Both the position numbers and the translations under genes were made by a program. From the NCBI GenBank assembly GCA_001029775.1, contig CP011215.1, positions 618,303 through 682,302 on the forward strand: a stretch of DNA of 64,000 nt. The letters are read 5' to 3'. The notes under the pieces are model-generated. The model searched no databases and was not told the DNA's origin. It worked only from the letters and a program-made list of their open reading frames with translations. This document shows positions 54,403 to 64,000 of the stretch, in pieces. This DNA comes from Candidatus Campbellbacteria bacterium GW2011_OD1_34_28 (GTDB lineage Bacteria > Patescibacteriota > Minisyncoccia > Phycocordibacterales > UBA12079). Each line of letters opens with the position of its first letter. The stretch's first letter is position 1.

Positions 54403-54470
54403 GTATAATTTTTGTACAAAAAAATCGATATACTATTTATAGATAATCAAAACCTCCGACAGTGTCCATT

Positions 54471-55922
54471 TTATTTTCCTAAATCCAAAGTCTCGTCAAT
54501 GCGGATTTGTTTTACAAATTCTGGAACGTGACTTACCAAAACCATTGCTCCTTCATATTTGTCTAGTGCCTCAGCAATCACAGGAAGATGCCTAAAGTTG
54601 ATATGATTTGTTGGCTCATCAAGAATTAACAAAGTTGGTTTTAACAAAACCAATTGAGCAAATGCAACCAAACCTTTTTGACCTTCTGACAAATTTCCTA
54701 TTTTCGTATAAATAATATCTTTGTTAATTAAGAACCCCGAAGCCGTAGAGCGGAGATCTTCTTCAATATGTTTTTCCATCACCGAAGCCAAAGAATCATA
54801 AACAGTATCTTCAAAATTTAGTGTTGAAAAATCTTGTCTATAATAACCAACTCTCACTCCTTCGGTAATCACAGCTCCGTTAGCATCGTTGTTTGCCAAC
54901 GACTCTAACAAGGTGCTCTTTCCAATTCCATTGGGGCCTGAAAGAAGTAGGTGTTGTTTTTTCTTTAACGAAATTTCTGCTTTTTTCGTTACTTTTTTAT
55001 GGTTTTTAAAAATATCAAAAGAAGAAATATTTAAGATTTCACCAGTAACATTTGTTTGAACAGGAATAGTAAACGGACGAATAGTTTTATCTTCTCGCCT
55101 TACATCTATCTTTTCCTCCTCCATTTCTTCTACTTCGTCTCTCATCTTCTTTGCCAGCAATCTCATTCTACCTCCTTTCATTGCAAAGAAATTGGCTTTA
55201 TCTTTATTTTCCTGAATTTTTTTAGCCAACTGTGCATTCTTTCTGTTTTCTTTTTCAATTTGAACAGTAATCTGTTTTACCACATCAAAATAGTTTCCTA
55301 CATATTGTTCAATTTTTAATGTATAAAGGTTCAAATACAAAACACCGTCTGTAAAAGAATTTAAAAAATCGGCATCGTGCGAAATAACAATACATGTTTT
55401 TTGATAATCCAAAATAAACTTTGTTAAATGTTCTACCCCGCTTTTATCCAAATTGTTTGTTGGTTCATCCAAAAGCAAAATATCTGGATCTTGAATAAGT
55501 GCAGACGCCAAAAGCAATCGTGCTTGTTGACCGCCAGAAAAAGATTTGATTATTCTATCGTGTGGAGCTTGCAGATTTACCACTTCTAAAACATTATCTA
55601 TTTTTGGATCAATATCATAAACTTTTTCTTTGAAACATTTTTGAAAAAATTCTCGCACGGTTAAATCCATTTGATCTCTGGGAATAACTTGTTTTGAAAC
55701 AGCAATAGTCGCTCGTGGGTCAACATTAACGGCTCCACTTTCTGATTTAAATTCTCCTGTAATCAATTTCAAAATAGTGCTCTTCCCCGCACCGTTTTGT
55801 CCCATCAAAGTAATTTTGGAACCTCGTCGCACAGAAAAATCTACCTCATTTAAAATAGGTTTGTTATAGCCATAATTAAATGACACTTTATTAAATCTGA
55901 TTACCGCTCCGTTGTTTAACAT
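54471..55922 (-). CDS. ABC-F type ATPase with two ABC domains and no TM domain (483 aa).
   Basis: Two Walker A sites (GQNGAGKST; GPNGIGKST). Two signature motifs (LSGGQQ, LSEGQK). A charged linker lies between the domains. Confidence 0.8.
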   Translation of the reverse strand: MLNNGAVIRFNKVSFNYGYNKPILNEVDFSVRRGSKITLMGQNGAGKSTILKLITGEFKSESGAVNVDPRATIAVSKQVIPRDQMDLTVREFFQKCFKEKVYDIDPKIDNVLEVVNLQAPHDRIIKSFSGGQQARLLLASALIQDPDILLLDEPTNNLDKSGVEHLTKFILDYQKTCIVISHDADFLNSFTDGVLYLNLYTLKIEQYVGNYFDVVKQITVQIEKENRKNAQLAKKIQENKDKANFFAMKGGRMRLLAKKMRDEVEEMEEEKIDVRREDKTIRPFTIPVQTNVTGEILNISSFDIFKNHKKVTKKAEISLKKKQHLLLSGPNGIGKSTLLESLANNDANGAVITEGVRVGYYRQDFSTLNFEDTVYDSLASVMEKHIEEDLRSTASGFLINKDIIYTKIGNLSEGQKGLVAFAQLVLLKPTLLILDEPTNHINFRHLPVIAEALDKYEGAMVLVSHVPEFVKQIRIDETLDLGK

Positions 55923-56108
55923 AATGTTCTCTATACTAACAAAAATATGAATAAAAGCTATAATCTAATTATCCATTGAATATAAAAAAAATTAATGTAA
56001 AATATGGGTTAATCAGACTAAAAGATTTTTCAAAGACATTTTGATGAAATAGTGGTTTTGATAAAAAAAACTTAATTAAAAATTAATAAAATAAATATAA
56101 ACAAAATT

Positions 56109-56231
56109 ATGGCAAAAAGAGAAACAGGTGTAGGAAAAGGAAGAGTATCTCGCTCAAAAAAGACAGCAAAAAGATTGACTATAAAAAGAGAGATGCTGGC
56201 TGCAAAAAAGACAAAGAAAAAGAGTAAATAA
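56109..56231 (+). CDS. Possible very basic 40-aa peptide, MAKRETGVGKGRVSRSKKTAKRLTIKREMLAAKKTKKKSK.
   Basis: ATG ORF read from the sequence, followed directly by a strong terminator. No SD and no family match. Could be non-coding. Confidence 0.3.
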   Translation: MAKRETGVGKGRVSRSKKTAKRLTIKREMLAAKKTKKKSK

Positions 56232-56244
56232 ATTTTTCAAAACA

Positions 56245-56272
56245 AAAATCACCCATTGGGGTGATTTTTGTT
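56245..56272. terminator. Bidirectional terminator.
   Basis: AAAAATCACCC attg GGGTGATTTTTG. Confidence 0.8.
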
Positions 56273-56339
56273 TTGAAACGGAAAATATGCAAAGCAAATT
56301 TTCCGTCTAAATTCTAAATTCTCTTTTCTAAATTCTCAT

Positions 56340-58118
56340 TTATTTTCTCTTATTCTTTGATCTCTCTGTTTCGGTCAAATGTTTCTTTCTCAAACGAACG
56401 CTCTTGGGAGTAATTTCTAGATATTCATCGTTCGCCATTACTTCAAGACCCGATTCAATAGAAATCTTTTTAGGTGGTATCAAAACAATGTTTTCATCAG
56501 ATCCAGCTGCTCTCATATTAGTCAATTGTTTTCCTTTTGTTGGATTTACCACCATCTCTTCGCCCTTTGAAGTATTCCCAACAACCATACCTTCATAAAT
56601 TTCTGTGTTTGCTTCTATATACAATTCCCCTCTCTCCTGTAGATTGTACAAAGAAAAACCAAGAGCCTTTCCTGTCGCCATCGATATCATTGAGCCAGTT
56701 GCCCTCTTTGCAATCTCTCCTGCGTATTCCTTGAAGCCAATCACACGACTAGAAATGATCCCCTCACCTTTTGTATCCACGATAAATTGTCCACGATAAC
56801 CCAAAAGACCTCTAGTTGGAATCTCAAAAATCAAACGAGTTGTATTTTCATGCTGTCTCATTGAAATAAGAATTCCTCTTCTCTTTCCCAGTTTTTCTAT
56901 TACAACTCCCTGGGCTTCATTTGGGACATCAACGGTCACTTCTTCGTAAGGTTCCAATTTCACTCCATCTTTTTCTTTTATAATAATGTGTGGTTGGGAT
57001 ACTTGAAGCTCGTAACCTTCTCTTCTCATATTTTCAAGCAAAACAGCAATGTGCAATTCTCCACGACCTGCTACTTTGTAATTTCCTTCTGAAAAATCTA
57101 CTTCCAAACCTACGTTTATTTCCAATTCTCTTTCCAATCTCTCTCGGATCTGTCGGCCTGTAACAAATTTTCCTTCTCTTCCTGCAAACGGAGAATTGTT
57201 TACCAAAAAATCCAAAGTGATTGTTGGTTCATCTACTTTGATAGCAGGCATTGGTTCTATATTCTCATCTGTTGTTATTGTCTCTCCAATAAAAACATCA
57301 GGAAGCCCAGCAAGCATAACAATATCGCCCGCAGTTACTTCTTTTGCTTCTTCACGAGACATTCCTTTAAATGTAAAGATTTTTGTTATCTTTCCTTTTC
57401 TTGTCTCTCCTGTGTGTTTTTTTACAAAAATATTTTCTCCGTCTTTTAAAACTCCGTCATAAATTCTGCAAATAGCCAATCGCCCAAGAAAATTGTCATA
57501 TCCCAAATTAAATACCTGTGCCTTTAAAGGAGCATTTGTATTTGAAGGTGCAGGAGAAACTTCTTCCAAAATAGTCTCTAACAAAGGAGTTAGATCTTTT
57601 GATTCATCTTCCAAATTTTTCTTTGCAATACCATCACGGCCAATTGCATAAACAGTTGTAAAATTTAGTTGTTCGTCGTTTGCTCCCAATTCCATAAACA
57701 ACTCAAAAACATCTTCACCTGCTTGTTGAGGATTCGCTGCTGGTTTGTCTATTTTATTTAAAACAACAATTGGTTTTAGACCCAATTCCAAAGATTTTTT
57801 CAAAACGAAACGAGTTTGTGGCATCGGGCCTTCTTGAGCATCCACAATCAAAAGAACCGAGTCAATGGAACGAAGCACGCGTTCTACTTCTGATCCAAAA
57901 TCGGCGTGTCCAGGAGTATCCACAATATTTATCTTTGTTCCTTTATAAATAAGAGACGTGTTTTTAGCATAAATAGTAATACCTCTTTCCTGTTCTATCT
58001 TGTCGGTATCCATACTCATTCCGTCAGCAAACATACCCGTCTGACGCATAATGGCATCCGTTATAGCTGTTTTTCCATGGTCCACATGGGCAATGATTGC
58101 GATGTTTCTAATTTCCAT
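56340..58118 (-). CDS. typA: Translational GTPase TypA/BipA (592 aa).
   Basis: [20 protein letters not shown]1 motif. EF-G-like domains. The C-terminal ...[20 protein letters not shown] matches the TypA tail and is unlike LepA. Confidence 0.88.
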   Translation of the reverse strand: MEIRNIAIIAHVDHGKTAITDAIMRQTGMFADGMSMDTDKIEQERGITIYAKNTSLIYKGTKINIVDTPGHADFGSEVERVLRSIDSVLLIVDAQEGPMPQTRFVLKKSLELGLKPIVVLNKIDKPAANPQQAGEDVFELFMELGANDEQLNFTTVYAIGRDGIAKKNLEDESKDLTPLLETILEEVSPAPSNTNAPLKAQVFNLGYDNFLGRLAICRIYDGVLKDGENIFVKKHTGETRKGKITKIFTFKGMSREEAKEVTAGDIVMLAGLPDVFIGETITTDENIEPMPAIKVDEPTITLDFLVNNSPFAGREGKFVTGRQIRERLERELEINVGLEVDFSEGNYKVAGRGELHIAVLLENMRREGYELQVSQPHIIIKEKDGVKLEPYEEVTVDVPNEAQGVVIEKLGKRRGILISMRQHENTTRLIFEIPTRGLLGYRGQFIVDTKGEGIISSRVIGFKEYAGEIAKRATGSMISMATGKALGFSLYNLQERGELYIEANTEIYEGMVVGNTSKGEEMVVNPTKGKQLTNMRAAGSDENIVLIPPKKISIESGLEVMANDEYLEITPKSVRLRKKHLTETERSKNKRK

Positions 58119-58456
58119 ATCTTTTATAGGCTTTGATCCTTAAATTATTCAAATAAAAAAAGACGCCAAGCGACTTTGATGCAAAGATAATACATTAAAA
58201 TCTGAAAAGAATCAATAGAAAAGACAAGGCCATTTCTTAAAGAGGTTGACAAAATGCCTAAACTATAATACTCTTGCACGATAAGTTATATCTCATCGTA
58301 TCCATATATTTTTCTTGTTGGAACCAAAGAGATCCTAGTCGACTTATTTGGTTAGCAAGAAACATCTCAAGATACTTAATTTTTGTGATAAATGCGAAAA
58401 CAAAAATAGGGCATCGAACCCTATATCTTTTAATTTAAAGACTAGCAGGAAAAAAT

Positions 58457-59686
58457 ATGTTTAGAAAAAGAAATGTCCAGAGAAAAAGCTCTGGCAATAG
58501 TTCAAGTGCAAATAAAAATTTTAGAGGACAAGGAAAACGATTTAGTAAACCAAGTCGTTCTAGAAAATCTCGTTCAGGACAAAGCCAATTTAGTGATGTA
58601 TCAAAATTCATCAACAAGGCCGTTCCAGAAAAAAATGTAAAACCTTACACACCAAAAAACTCTTTTGCTGATTTTTTGATTGACGAAAATTTGAAAAGAA
58701 ATATTTTGAAAACAGGTTACAAACACCCAACACCAATTCAAGACCAAGCTATCCCCCACGTTTTAAATGGTTCTGATATTGTAGGAATAGCAAACACAGG
58801 AACTGGAAAAACCGCAGCTTTTATTATTCCTCTTTTGGACAAAGTAATCCGAAATAGAAAACAAAATATAATAATAATTGCTCCAACAAGAGAATTAGCA
58901 ATCCAAATCAATCAAGAATTGGTAAAATTTGCTTTTGGATTAAAAATATTTTCTGTATGTGCGGTAGGAGGAATGCCTATTTTCAGACAAATAAGTGATT
59001 TGCGTAGAAATTATAATTTTATAATCGGAACTCCAGGTAGAGTAAAGGATCTAGTTGATAGAGGTCATATACCATTGGAACAATTCCAAACAATTGTGCT
59101 AGACGAATCAGATCGTATGCTTGATATGGGATTTATCAATGATATGCGTTTTTTGATGTCAGCAATGCCTGAAAATCACCAGACTCTTTTCTTCTCTGCA
59201 ACATTGTCTGATGATATCAAAAATATCATTAACAATTTCTTGACAGACCCTATAAGTATTTCTGTTCGAGTAAATGATACCGCCAGCAGTATAGACCAAG
59301 ATGTTGTCTATGTAAAAAATGAGGTTAAATTGGATCTCTTGCACGATTTGTTGATCCAACCAGAATTTAACAAAGTTTTGATTTTTGGAAAAACAAAACT
59401 TGGAGTAGAAAAATTGTCCGAGCGTCTTTCTGGTCGTGGATTAAAAGTAAAATCAATTCACGGAAACAAAAATCACACACAACGCCAACATGCGTTAAAA
59501 TTGTTTAAAGAAAATACGGTAAACATTTTGGTGGCGACAGATGTAGCTGCTCGTGGACTGGATATCCCAAATATCAGTCACGTTATCAACTACGAACTCC
59601 CTTCTACTTATGAGGACTATATCCACCGTATCGGCCGTACTGGTCGTGGTGGAAAAGCAGGAAAAGCTTTGACTTTTATTGGGTAA
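58457..59686 (+). CDS. DEAD-box ATP-dependent RNA helicase with a basic N-terminal extension. Motif II is DESD (409 aa).
   Basis: Q-motif region. AxTGTGKT Walker A (ANTGTGKT). PTRELA. VLDESD. SAT. HRIGRTGRGG. Confidence 0.88.
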   Translation: MFRKRNVQRKSSGNSSSANKNFRGQGKRFSKPSRSRKSRSGQSQFSDVSKFINKAVPEKNVKPYTPKNSFADFLIDENLKRNILKTGYKHPTPIQDQAIPHVLNGSDIVGIANTGTGKTAAFIIPLLDKVIRNRKQNIIIIAPTRELAIQINQELVKFAFGLKIFSVCAVGGMPIFRQISDLRRNYNFIIGTPGRVKDLVDRGHIPLEQFQTIVLDESDRMLDMGFINDMRFLMSAMPENHQTLFFSATLSDDIKNIINNFLTDPISISVRVNDTASSIDQDVVYVKNEVKLDLLHDLLIQPEFNKVLIFGKTKLGVEKLSERLSGRGLKVKSIHGNKNHTQRQHALKLFKENTVNILVATDVAARGLDIPNISHVINYELPSTYEDYIHRIGRTGRGGKAGKALTFIG

Positions 59687-59834
59687 ATCTTTGATCAAAA
59701 TTCTCCTATACATAATACATTTGATGTGATATGATTACATCAATCAAATCGTAGCTGTAGGAGAATTATGTCGGGTTTTATCAAACAGTCTTTTGTATTT
59801 GACCAGTTTATTAAAATTAATTTCTCTTATAGAA

Positions 59835-60032
59835 ATGAATACAGGAAAAATCGTTCGTTTAAACAATGGTTTTGGATTCATAACTCGTGAGGGTGAAGAA
59901 AAAGATCTTTTCTTCCACGCAAACGAATTAAAGAATGTACAATTCAACGAACTTAGAGAAGGAGATGAACTTTCTTTCGATTTAGCTGAAGGTCCAAAAG
60001 GACTTAACGCTGTAAACGTAAACAGAGTTTAA
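59835..60032 (+). CDS. cspA: Cold-shock protein, CspA family (65 aa). The track ORF starts at 59793.
   Basis: MNTGKIVRLNNGFGFIT (RNP1-like). LFFHANEL (RNP2-like). Confidence 0.85.
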   Translation: MNTGKIVRLNNGFGFITREGEEKDLFFHANELKNVQFNELREGDELSFDLAEGPKGLNAVNVNRV

Positions 60033-60042
60033 ATCTTTTAGA

Positions 60043-60076
60043 AAAATGCAGAGGCTTCCGCCTCTGCATTTTTTGT
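60043..60076 (+). terminator. Rho-independent terminator.
   Basis: AAAATGCAGAGGC ttcc GCCTCTGCATTTTTTG. Confidence 0.8.
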
Positions 60077-60112
60077 TTCCACTTTTGAGACAATTTCTGT
60101 TAGAATATTGTT

Positions 60113-61087
60113 ATGAATACGCACAAACTCGTTCAAATAATAATATTGGTTATTGTTATTGGAATAAATTTCTCTTCTGTTTTAATTTATCTAAAAAGTA
60201 CACAGGTCTCACAAAAAAAAGATTCTCCAGATATTTCTGCAACAGCAACAACAACAGACAACAAAATACAAAACACGGATTCCGAAGATCTGCCTAGCCA
60301 ACAGACAGCAACAAAAACACAGGATAGTAAAACCGATACAACGATACCTCAAAAGAAAGATGTGACGCCTATTTTGGAACCAAAAGAAATTATTCTTCCA
60401 CCAATTAAGGGACCGGCGACAGGAACCAAATCCCCTCTCACAGAAAATGGAATCATCGAAGAAACAAACCTCCGAAGACAACAAAATGGACTTCCTCCAC
60501 TTTCTATCAGTCTAAAGTTGAGCAATTCTGCCGAAAACAAAGTGAACGATATGTTCGTCAAGCAATATTTTGAACATCAATCTCCCACAGGCGAAGGTCC
60601 GAGTGATTTAGCAAATGCAGTGGGCTATGACTATTTATTGGTCGGCGAAAATCTGGCTCTCGGAAATTATGAGAGTGACAAAATATTGGTTGATGCGTGG
60701 ATGAATTCTCCTGGACACAGAGAAAATATTTTAAATCCAAAATACAAAGAAATTGGAGTTGCAATAAGATTTGGCACATACGATGGTTCACAAGTTTGGA
60801 TGGCTGTTCAAGAATTTGGAAGACCTGCATCAGACTGTCCTATTCCTGACGAAATACTAGAAACTAAAATAAATGACGATAAAGATATTGCCACTGAATT
60901 AAAAAATCAAATAACTGTTCTTTACGAAGAAATCAATGCGATGTCACCTAAAAGCGGAGAAACTTACAACGAAAAAGTGAGTGTTTATAATACATTGATA
61001 ATACAATATAATGCTCTCGTCGAAGCTCTCAAAACAATGATTATAAATTATAATGCTCAAGTAGAAGCTTATAGAAGCTGTATATAG
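60113..61087 (+). CDS. Secreted CAP/SCP (YkwD-like) domain protein with an N-terminal anchor and a Thr/Gln-rich linker (324 aa).
   Basis: ...GENLALGNYESDKILVDAWMNSPGHRENILNPKYKEIGVAI... matches the CAP domain core. Confidence 0.7.
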   Translation: MNTHKLVQIIILVIVIGINFSSVLIYLKSTQVSQKKDSPDISATATTTDNKIQNTDSEDLPSQQTATKTQDSKTDTTIPQKKDVTPILEPKEIILPPIKGPATGTKSPLTENGIIEETNLRRQQNGLPPLSISLKLSNSAENKVNDMFVKQYFEHQSPTGEGPSDLANAVGYDYLLVGENLALGNYESDKILVDAWMNSPGHRENILNPKYKEIGVAIRFGTYDGSQVWMAVQEFGRPASDCPIPDEILETKINDDKDIATELKNQITVLYEEINAMSPKSGETYNEKVSVYNTLIIQYNALVEALKTMIINYNAQVEAYRSCI

Positions 61088-61099
61088 TATAATAAATAT

Positions 61100-61741
61100 A
61101 TGTCTAATAAATTAACAACAATAATAATTTTAGGAATTGCTATTTTATCTTTCGGGATAGGAGTGTTTTTTTACCCATCTCTGCCACAAACAGTAGCATC
61201 GCATTGGAACTCGCAAGGAATGGTAGACGGTTATATGTCAAAATTTTGGGGAACTTTTCTAACACCAATAATCTTACTATTTATGTACGGAATATATTTT
61301 ATTATCCCTAAAATAGACCCTCTCAAAAACAACATTGCTGGTTTTAGAAAACAATATAATATTTTGATTGCACTAATTTCTGTTTTTCTTTTTTATATTT
61401 TTATCCTTACACTGGCATGGAATCTCGGAAAAGAATTTAATATGAACAATTTTATATTGCCAGCTATGGGTGTGTTTATTTTTTACATGGGACATATATT
61501 AAAATATGCTAAAAGAAACTGGTTTGTCGGAATAAGAACACCATGGACACTATCTAGTGATTATGTCTGGAACAGAACTCATAAAATAGGTGGTTTACTA
61601 TTTAAAATAATTGGTATAATAACCCTATTGGGGATGTTAGTTCCTAACTATGGATTTTATCTAACGATATTTTCTATAATAGGTTCTGTCATCTTCCTGT
61701 TTGTATTTTCGTACATTCTTTATCAAAAACAAAATAATTAA
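61100..61741 (+). CDS. SdpI/YhfL-family (DUF1648 + SdpI) membrane protein (213 aa).
   Basis: ...NWFVGIRTPWTLSSDYVWNRTHKIGG... is the SdpI signature. Six TM helices. Confidence 0.65.
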   Translation: MSNKLTTIIILGIAILSFGIGVFFYPSLPQTVASHWNSQGMVDGYMSKFWGTFLTPIILLFMYGIYFIIPKIDPLKNNIAGFRKQYNILIALISVFLFYIFILTLAWNLGKEFNMNNFILPAMGVFIFYMGHILKYAKRNWFVGIRTPWTLSSDYVWNRTHKIGGLLFKIIGIITLLGMLVPNYGFYLTIFSIIGSVIFLFVFSYILYQKQNN

Positions 61742-61751
61742 AATTTAAAAT

Positions 61752-62162
61752 ATGGAAATAAAATTTATGTGGGCACCCAATATGTCCGTAAACGACGAAA
61801 TTATTGATGCTCAACACAAAGAGCTTTTAAATCAAATAAATACTCTCCTTGATGTCGTCTTTAATGAAAAAGATATTTCTATCATAAAAGAAACTGTTGA
61901 TTTTCTAGAAAAATATATTCACGGACATTTGGAATACGAAGAAGAATATATGGAGAGACATCTCTACCCCGAGTTATCACACCACAAAGAGATCCACGAT
62001 AAATTTAACCAAAGATACACCGAATTTAAAAAAAGCTTGGAAATATCGGGTCCAACTAAAGAGATGTTTTCTGAAGTAGAAACTTTCTTAGGAAATTGGT
62101 GGATTCACCATATTGGTCACGAAGACAGAAAATATGCTGAATTTATAAAAGAAAATGAATAA
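61752..62162 (+). CDS. Hemerythrin-like (HHE cation-binding) protein (136 aa).
   Basis: The His/Glu ligand pattern H...H..E...H...H....H...D is spread over four helices (DAQHKEL; HLEYEE; HHKEIHDKF; WWIHHIGHEDRKY). Confidence 0.75.
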   Translation: MEIKFMWAPNMSVNDEIIDAQHKELLNQINTLLDVVFNEKDISIIKETVDFLEKYIHGHLEYEEEYMERHLYPELSHHKEIHDKFNQRYTEFKKSLEISGPTKEMFSEVETFLGNWWIHHIGHEDRKYAEFIKENE

Positions 62163-62164
62163 AA

Positions 62165-62195
62165 AATTGTCCGTCATCATGACGGACTTTTTTTA
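62165..62195 (+). terminator. Rho-independent terminator.
   Basis: GTCCGTC atcat GACGGAC followed by TTTTTTT. Confidence 0.7.
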
Positions 62196-62298
62196 AAAAC
62201 GCCAACTATTTATAAAATATTACAATTAAATCCACGGACTTAACCCTTAATTTAAAAACCTTTGAATTTAAAATGGTTTTTATGATATTATTGTTTTT

Positions 62299-64000
62299 AT
62301 GACTACAAATGAAAAATTTTTAAAACCTTACGAGCCAAAAGAAGTGGAAGAAAAAATTTATAAAACCTGGGAAGAAAGTGGGTTTTTTAATCCTGACAAT
62401 TTGCCAGGCGAAAGAACAGAACAATTTTCTATTGTTCTTCCCCCTCCCAATGTGACAGGAAAATTGCACATTGGACACGCCAATATGCTTGCTATCGAAG
62501 ATACAATTGTACGCTTTCAGAGAATGTTAGGTAAAAAAACATTGTGGCTTCCAGGAACGGATCACGCTGCTATTGCTACTCAGACAAAGGTAGAAAAACT
62601 TTTGGCAAAAGACGGGATAAAAAAGCACGACTTGGGTCGTGACGAATTTTTAAAGAAAGTAAACGAATTTGCTCTTGATTCGCAAAACACAATTATCTCA
62701 CAAACAAAAAGAATGGGGTCGTCTTTGGACTGGTCTCGTTTGGCTTTTACACTGGACGAGCAAAGAAATTTGGCTGTAAAGACTGCTTTCAAAAAAATGT
62801 ATGATGATGGTTTAATTTATAGAGGAGAAAAAGTGGTCAACTGGGATCCAAAAGGTCAGACAGTTATCTCTGATGATGAAATTGTCTACGAAGAAAGAAC
62901 TGCTGTTTTTTATACCTTTAAATATTCTGCCGATTTCCCTATCGCGATTTCTACAACTAGACCTGAAACAAAAGTCGGCGATACTGCTGTTGCAGTTAAT
63001 CCAGACGATGAAAGATACAAAAAATATATTGGACAAACTTTTGAAATTGCAGATTTTTGTGGAACACCTCTTTCTATAAAAATAATTGCTGACTATTCTG
63101 TAGACAAAGAATTTGGAACAGGTGCGTTGGGAGTTACTCCTGCCCACTCAAAAATAGATGAAATGATGGCTATCAAAAACAATCTACCAATGAAAAAAGT
63201 CATCAACGAATACGCTAAAATTGAAAATGCGGGTGATATTTTGAATGGCAAAAAAGTTGGTGAGGCAAAAGAAATTATCGTTAATTGGCTTAAAGAAAAC
63301 AATTTGATGATAGAAGAAGAAGAAACACAACAAAATGTTTCAACTGCTGAGAGAACAGGCGCAGTCATAGAACCATTACCAAAACTACAGTGGTTTATTG
63401 ATGTGAATAAAAAATTTAAACTTCCCCACTCTAATCTAAAAGGTATCAAAGCGGGCGATGAAGTTAGTTTGAAAGATTTGATGAAATATGCAGTTGAGTC
63501 TAGCGAAATACAAATACTTCCAGACAGATTTAACAAAATTTATTATCACTGGATTGAAAACCTTCGTGATTGGTGTATATCAAGACAAATTTGGTATGGA
63601 CATCGCATACCAGTATGGTATGCGAGTGACAAGTTACAAGTAACAAGTAACAAGAAAGACGAGATTTATGTTGGAGTTGATGCCCCAGAAGGAGACGATT
63701 GGATCCAGGATTCAGACACGCTAGACACTTGGTTTTCTTCAGGTCTTTGGACATTTTCTACTTTGGGTTGGCCAAATGAAACGAATGATTTAAAACTTTA
63801 TCACCCAACCGACTTGTTGGAAACAGGACACGATATTTTATTTTTCTGGGTAGCTAGAATGATTTTGATGACGACATATCTGACAGGAGAAATACCTTTT
63901 AAAACTGTTTATCTGCACGGGCTTGTTCGTGATGAAAAAAATAGAAAGTTTTCAAAGTCTCTTGGCAACGCGATAGACCCCTTGGATATAATAGAAAAAT
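62299..64000 (+). CDS. valS: Valyl-tRNA synthetase, N-terminal roughly 567 codons. It continues beyond the window.
   Basis: PPPNVTGKLHIGHA (HIGH). Editing-domain region. KFSKSLGN (a KMSKS variant) near the window end. Reverse-strand ORFs 62580-63754 are spurious. Confidence 0.92.
   Translation, partial: MTTNEKFLKPYEPKEVEEKIYKTWEESGFFNPDNLPGERTEQFSIVLPPPNVTGKLHIGHANMLAIEDTIVRFQRMLGKKTLWLPGTDHAAIATQTKVEKLLAKDGIKKHDLGRDEFLKKVNEFALDSQNTIISQTKRMGSSLDWSRLAFTLDEQRNLAVKTAFKKMYDDGLIYRGEKVVNWDPKGQTVISDDEIVYEERTAVFYTFKYSADFPIAISTTRPETKVGDTAVAVNPDDERYKKYIGQTFEIADFCGTPLSIKIIADYSVDKEFGTGALGVTPAHSKIDEMMAIKNNLPMKKVINEYAKIENAGDILNGKKVGEAKEIIVNWLKENNLMIEEEETQQNVSTAERTGAVIEPLPKLQWFIDVNKKFKLPHSNLKGIKAGDEVSLKDLMKYAVESSEIQILPDRFNKIYYHWIENLRDWCISRQIWYGHRIPVWYASDKLQVTSNKKDEIYVGVDAPEGDDWIQDSDTLDTWFSSGLWTFSTLGWPNETNDLKLYHPTDLLETGHDILFFWVARMILMTTYLTGEIPFKTVYLHGLVRDEKNRKFSKSLGNAIDPLDIIEK

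Overview
The window is an AT-rich bacterial segment of about 33-35% GC by eye, and its gene content suggests a small, reduced genome. Most genes are short, many lack a Shine-Dalgarno sequence, and intergenic regions are full of short hairpins and low-complexity repeats. This is consistent with a Patescibacteria/CPR-like organism, but that is inference only.

The housekeeping backbone is clear from motifs: leuS, ychF, rluB-like, parB, mreB, murA, tgt, def, fmt, a cyclophilin, hpf, uvrB-uvrA-uvrC (contiguous), typA, a DEAD-box helicase, cspA, and the start of valS. There are three tRNAs: Ala-UGC, Leu-CAA and Asn-GUU.

The most interesting material is non-core:
- 8.06-14.5 kb: a minus-strand operon of two paralogous TasA/camelysin-like proteins with SipW-cognate signal peptides, a SipW-type S26 signal peptidase, a lamin-tail-domain protein and another secreted protein. 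Upstream lies a ~0.8 kb AT-rich non-coding region with five GAGGTAGA direct repeats, a cluster of perfect DnaA boxes (TTATCCACA), and five tandem hairpins that share a CCGAA loop. This region is a candidate oriC or complex control region.
- A family of 38-45 bp palindromes built around ...TTTTAACG-AC-CGTTAAAA.... They flank a PaaX-like wHTH regulator that is membrane-anchored and has a Cas2-fold core. They also flank a pair of paralogous 2-TM proteins, sit in the tgt/def divergent promoter, and occur at one convergent gene junction.
- All three tRNA loci are surrounded by partial duplicates of their own ends, in both orientations.
- A conserved ~120 bp two-hairpin module occurs at the 3' ends of ychF and the cyclophilin gene.
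- 39.0-44.7 kb: a peptidoglycan-remodelling cluster (L,D-transpeptidase, C39-like peptidase, two M14 peptidases, VanY).
- A cytochrome-b5 / NOX-FRE oxidoreductase pair.
- An anomalously GC-rich small ORF near 51.2 kb.

No CRISPR array, rRNA, transposase or integrase was seen. Non-ATG (TTG) starts are used by the supplied ORF track. Where an internal ATG fits homology better, the start coordinate was adjusted and the reason noted.
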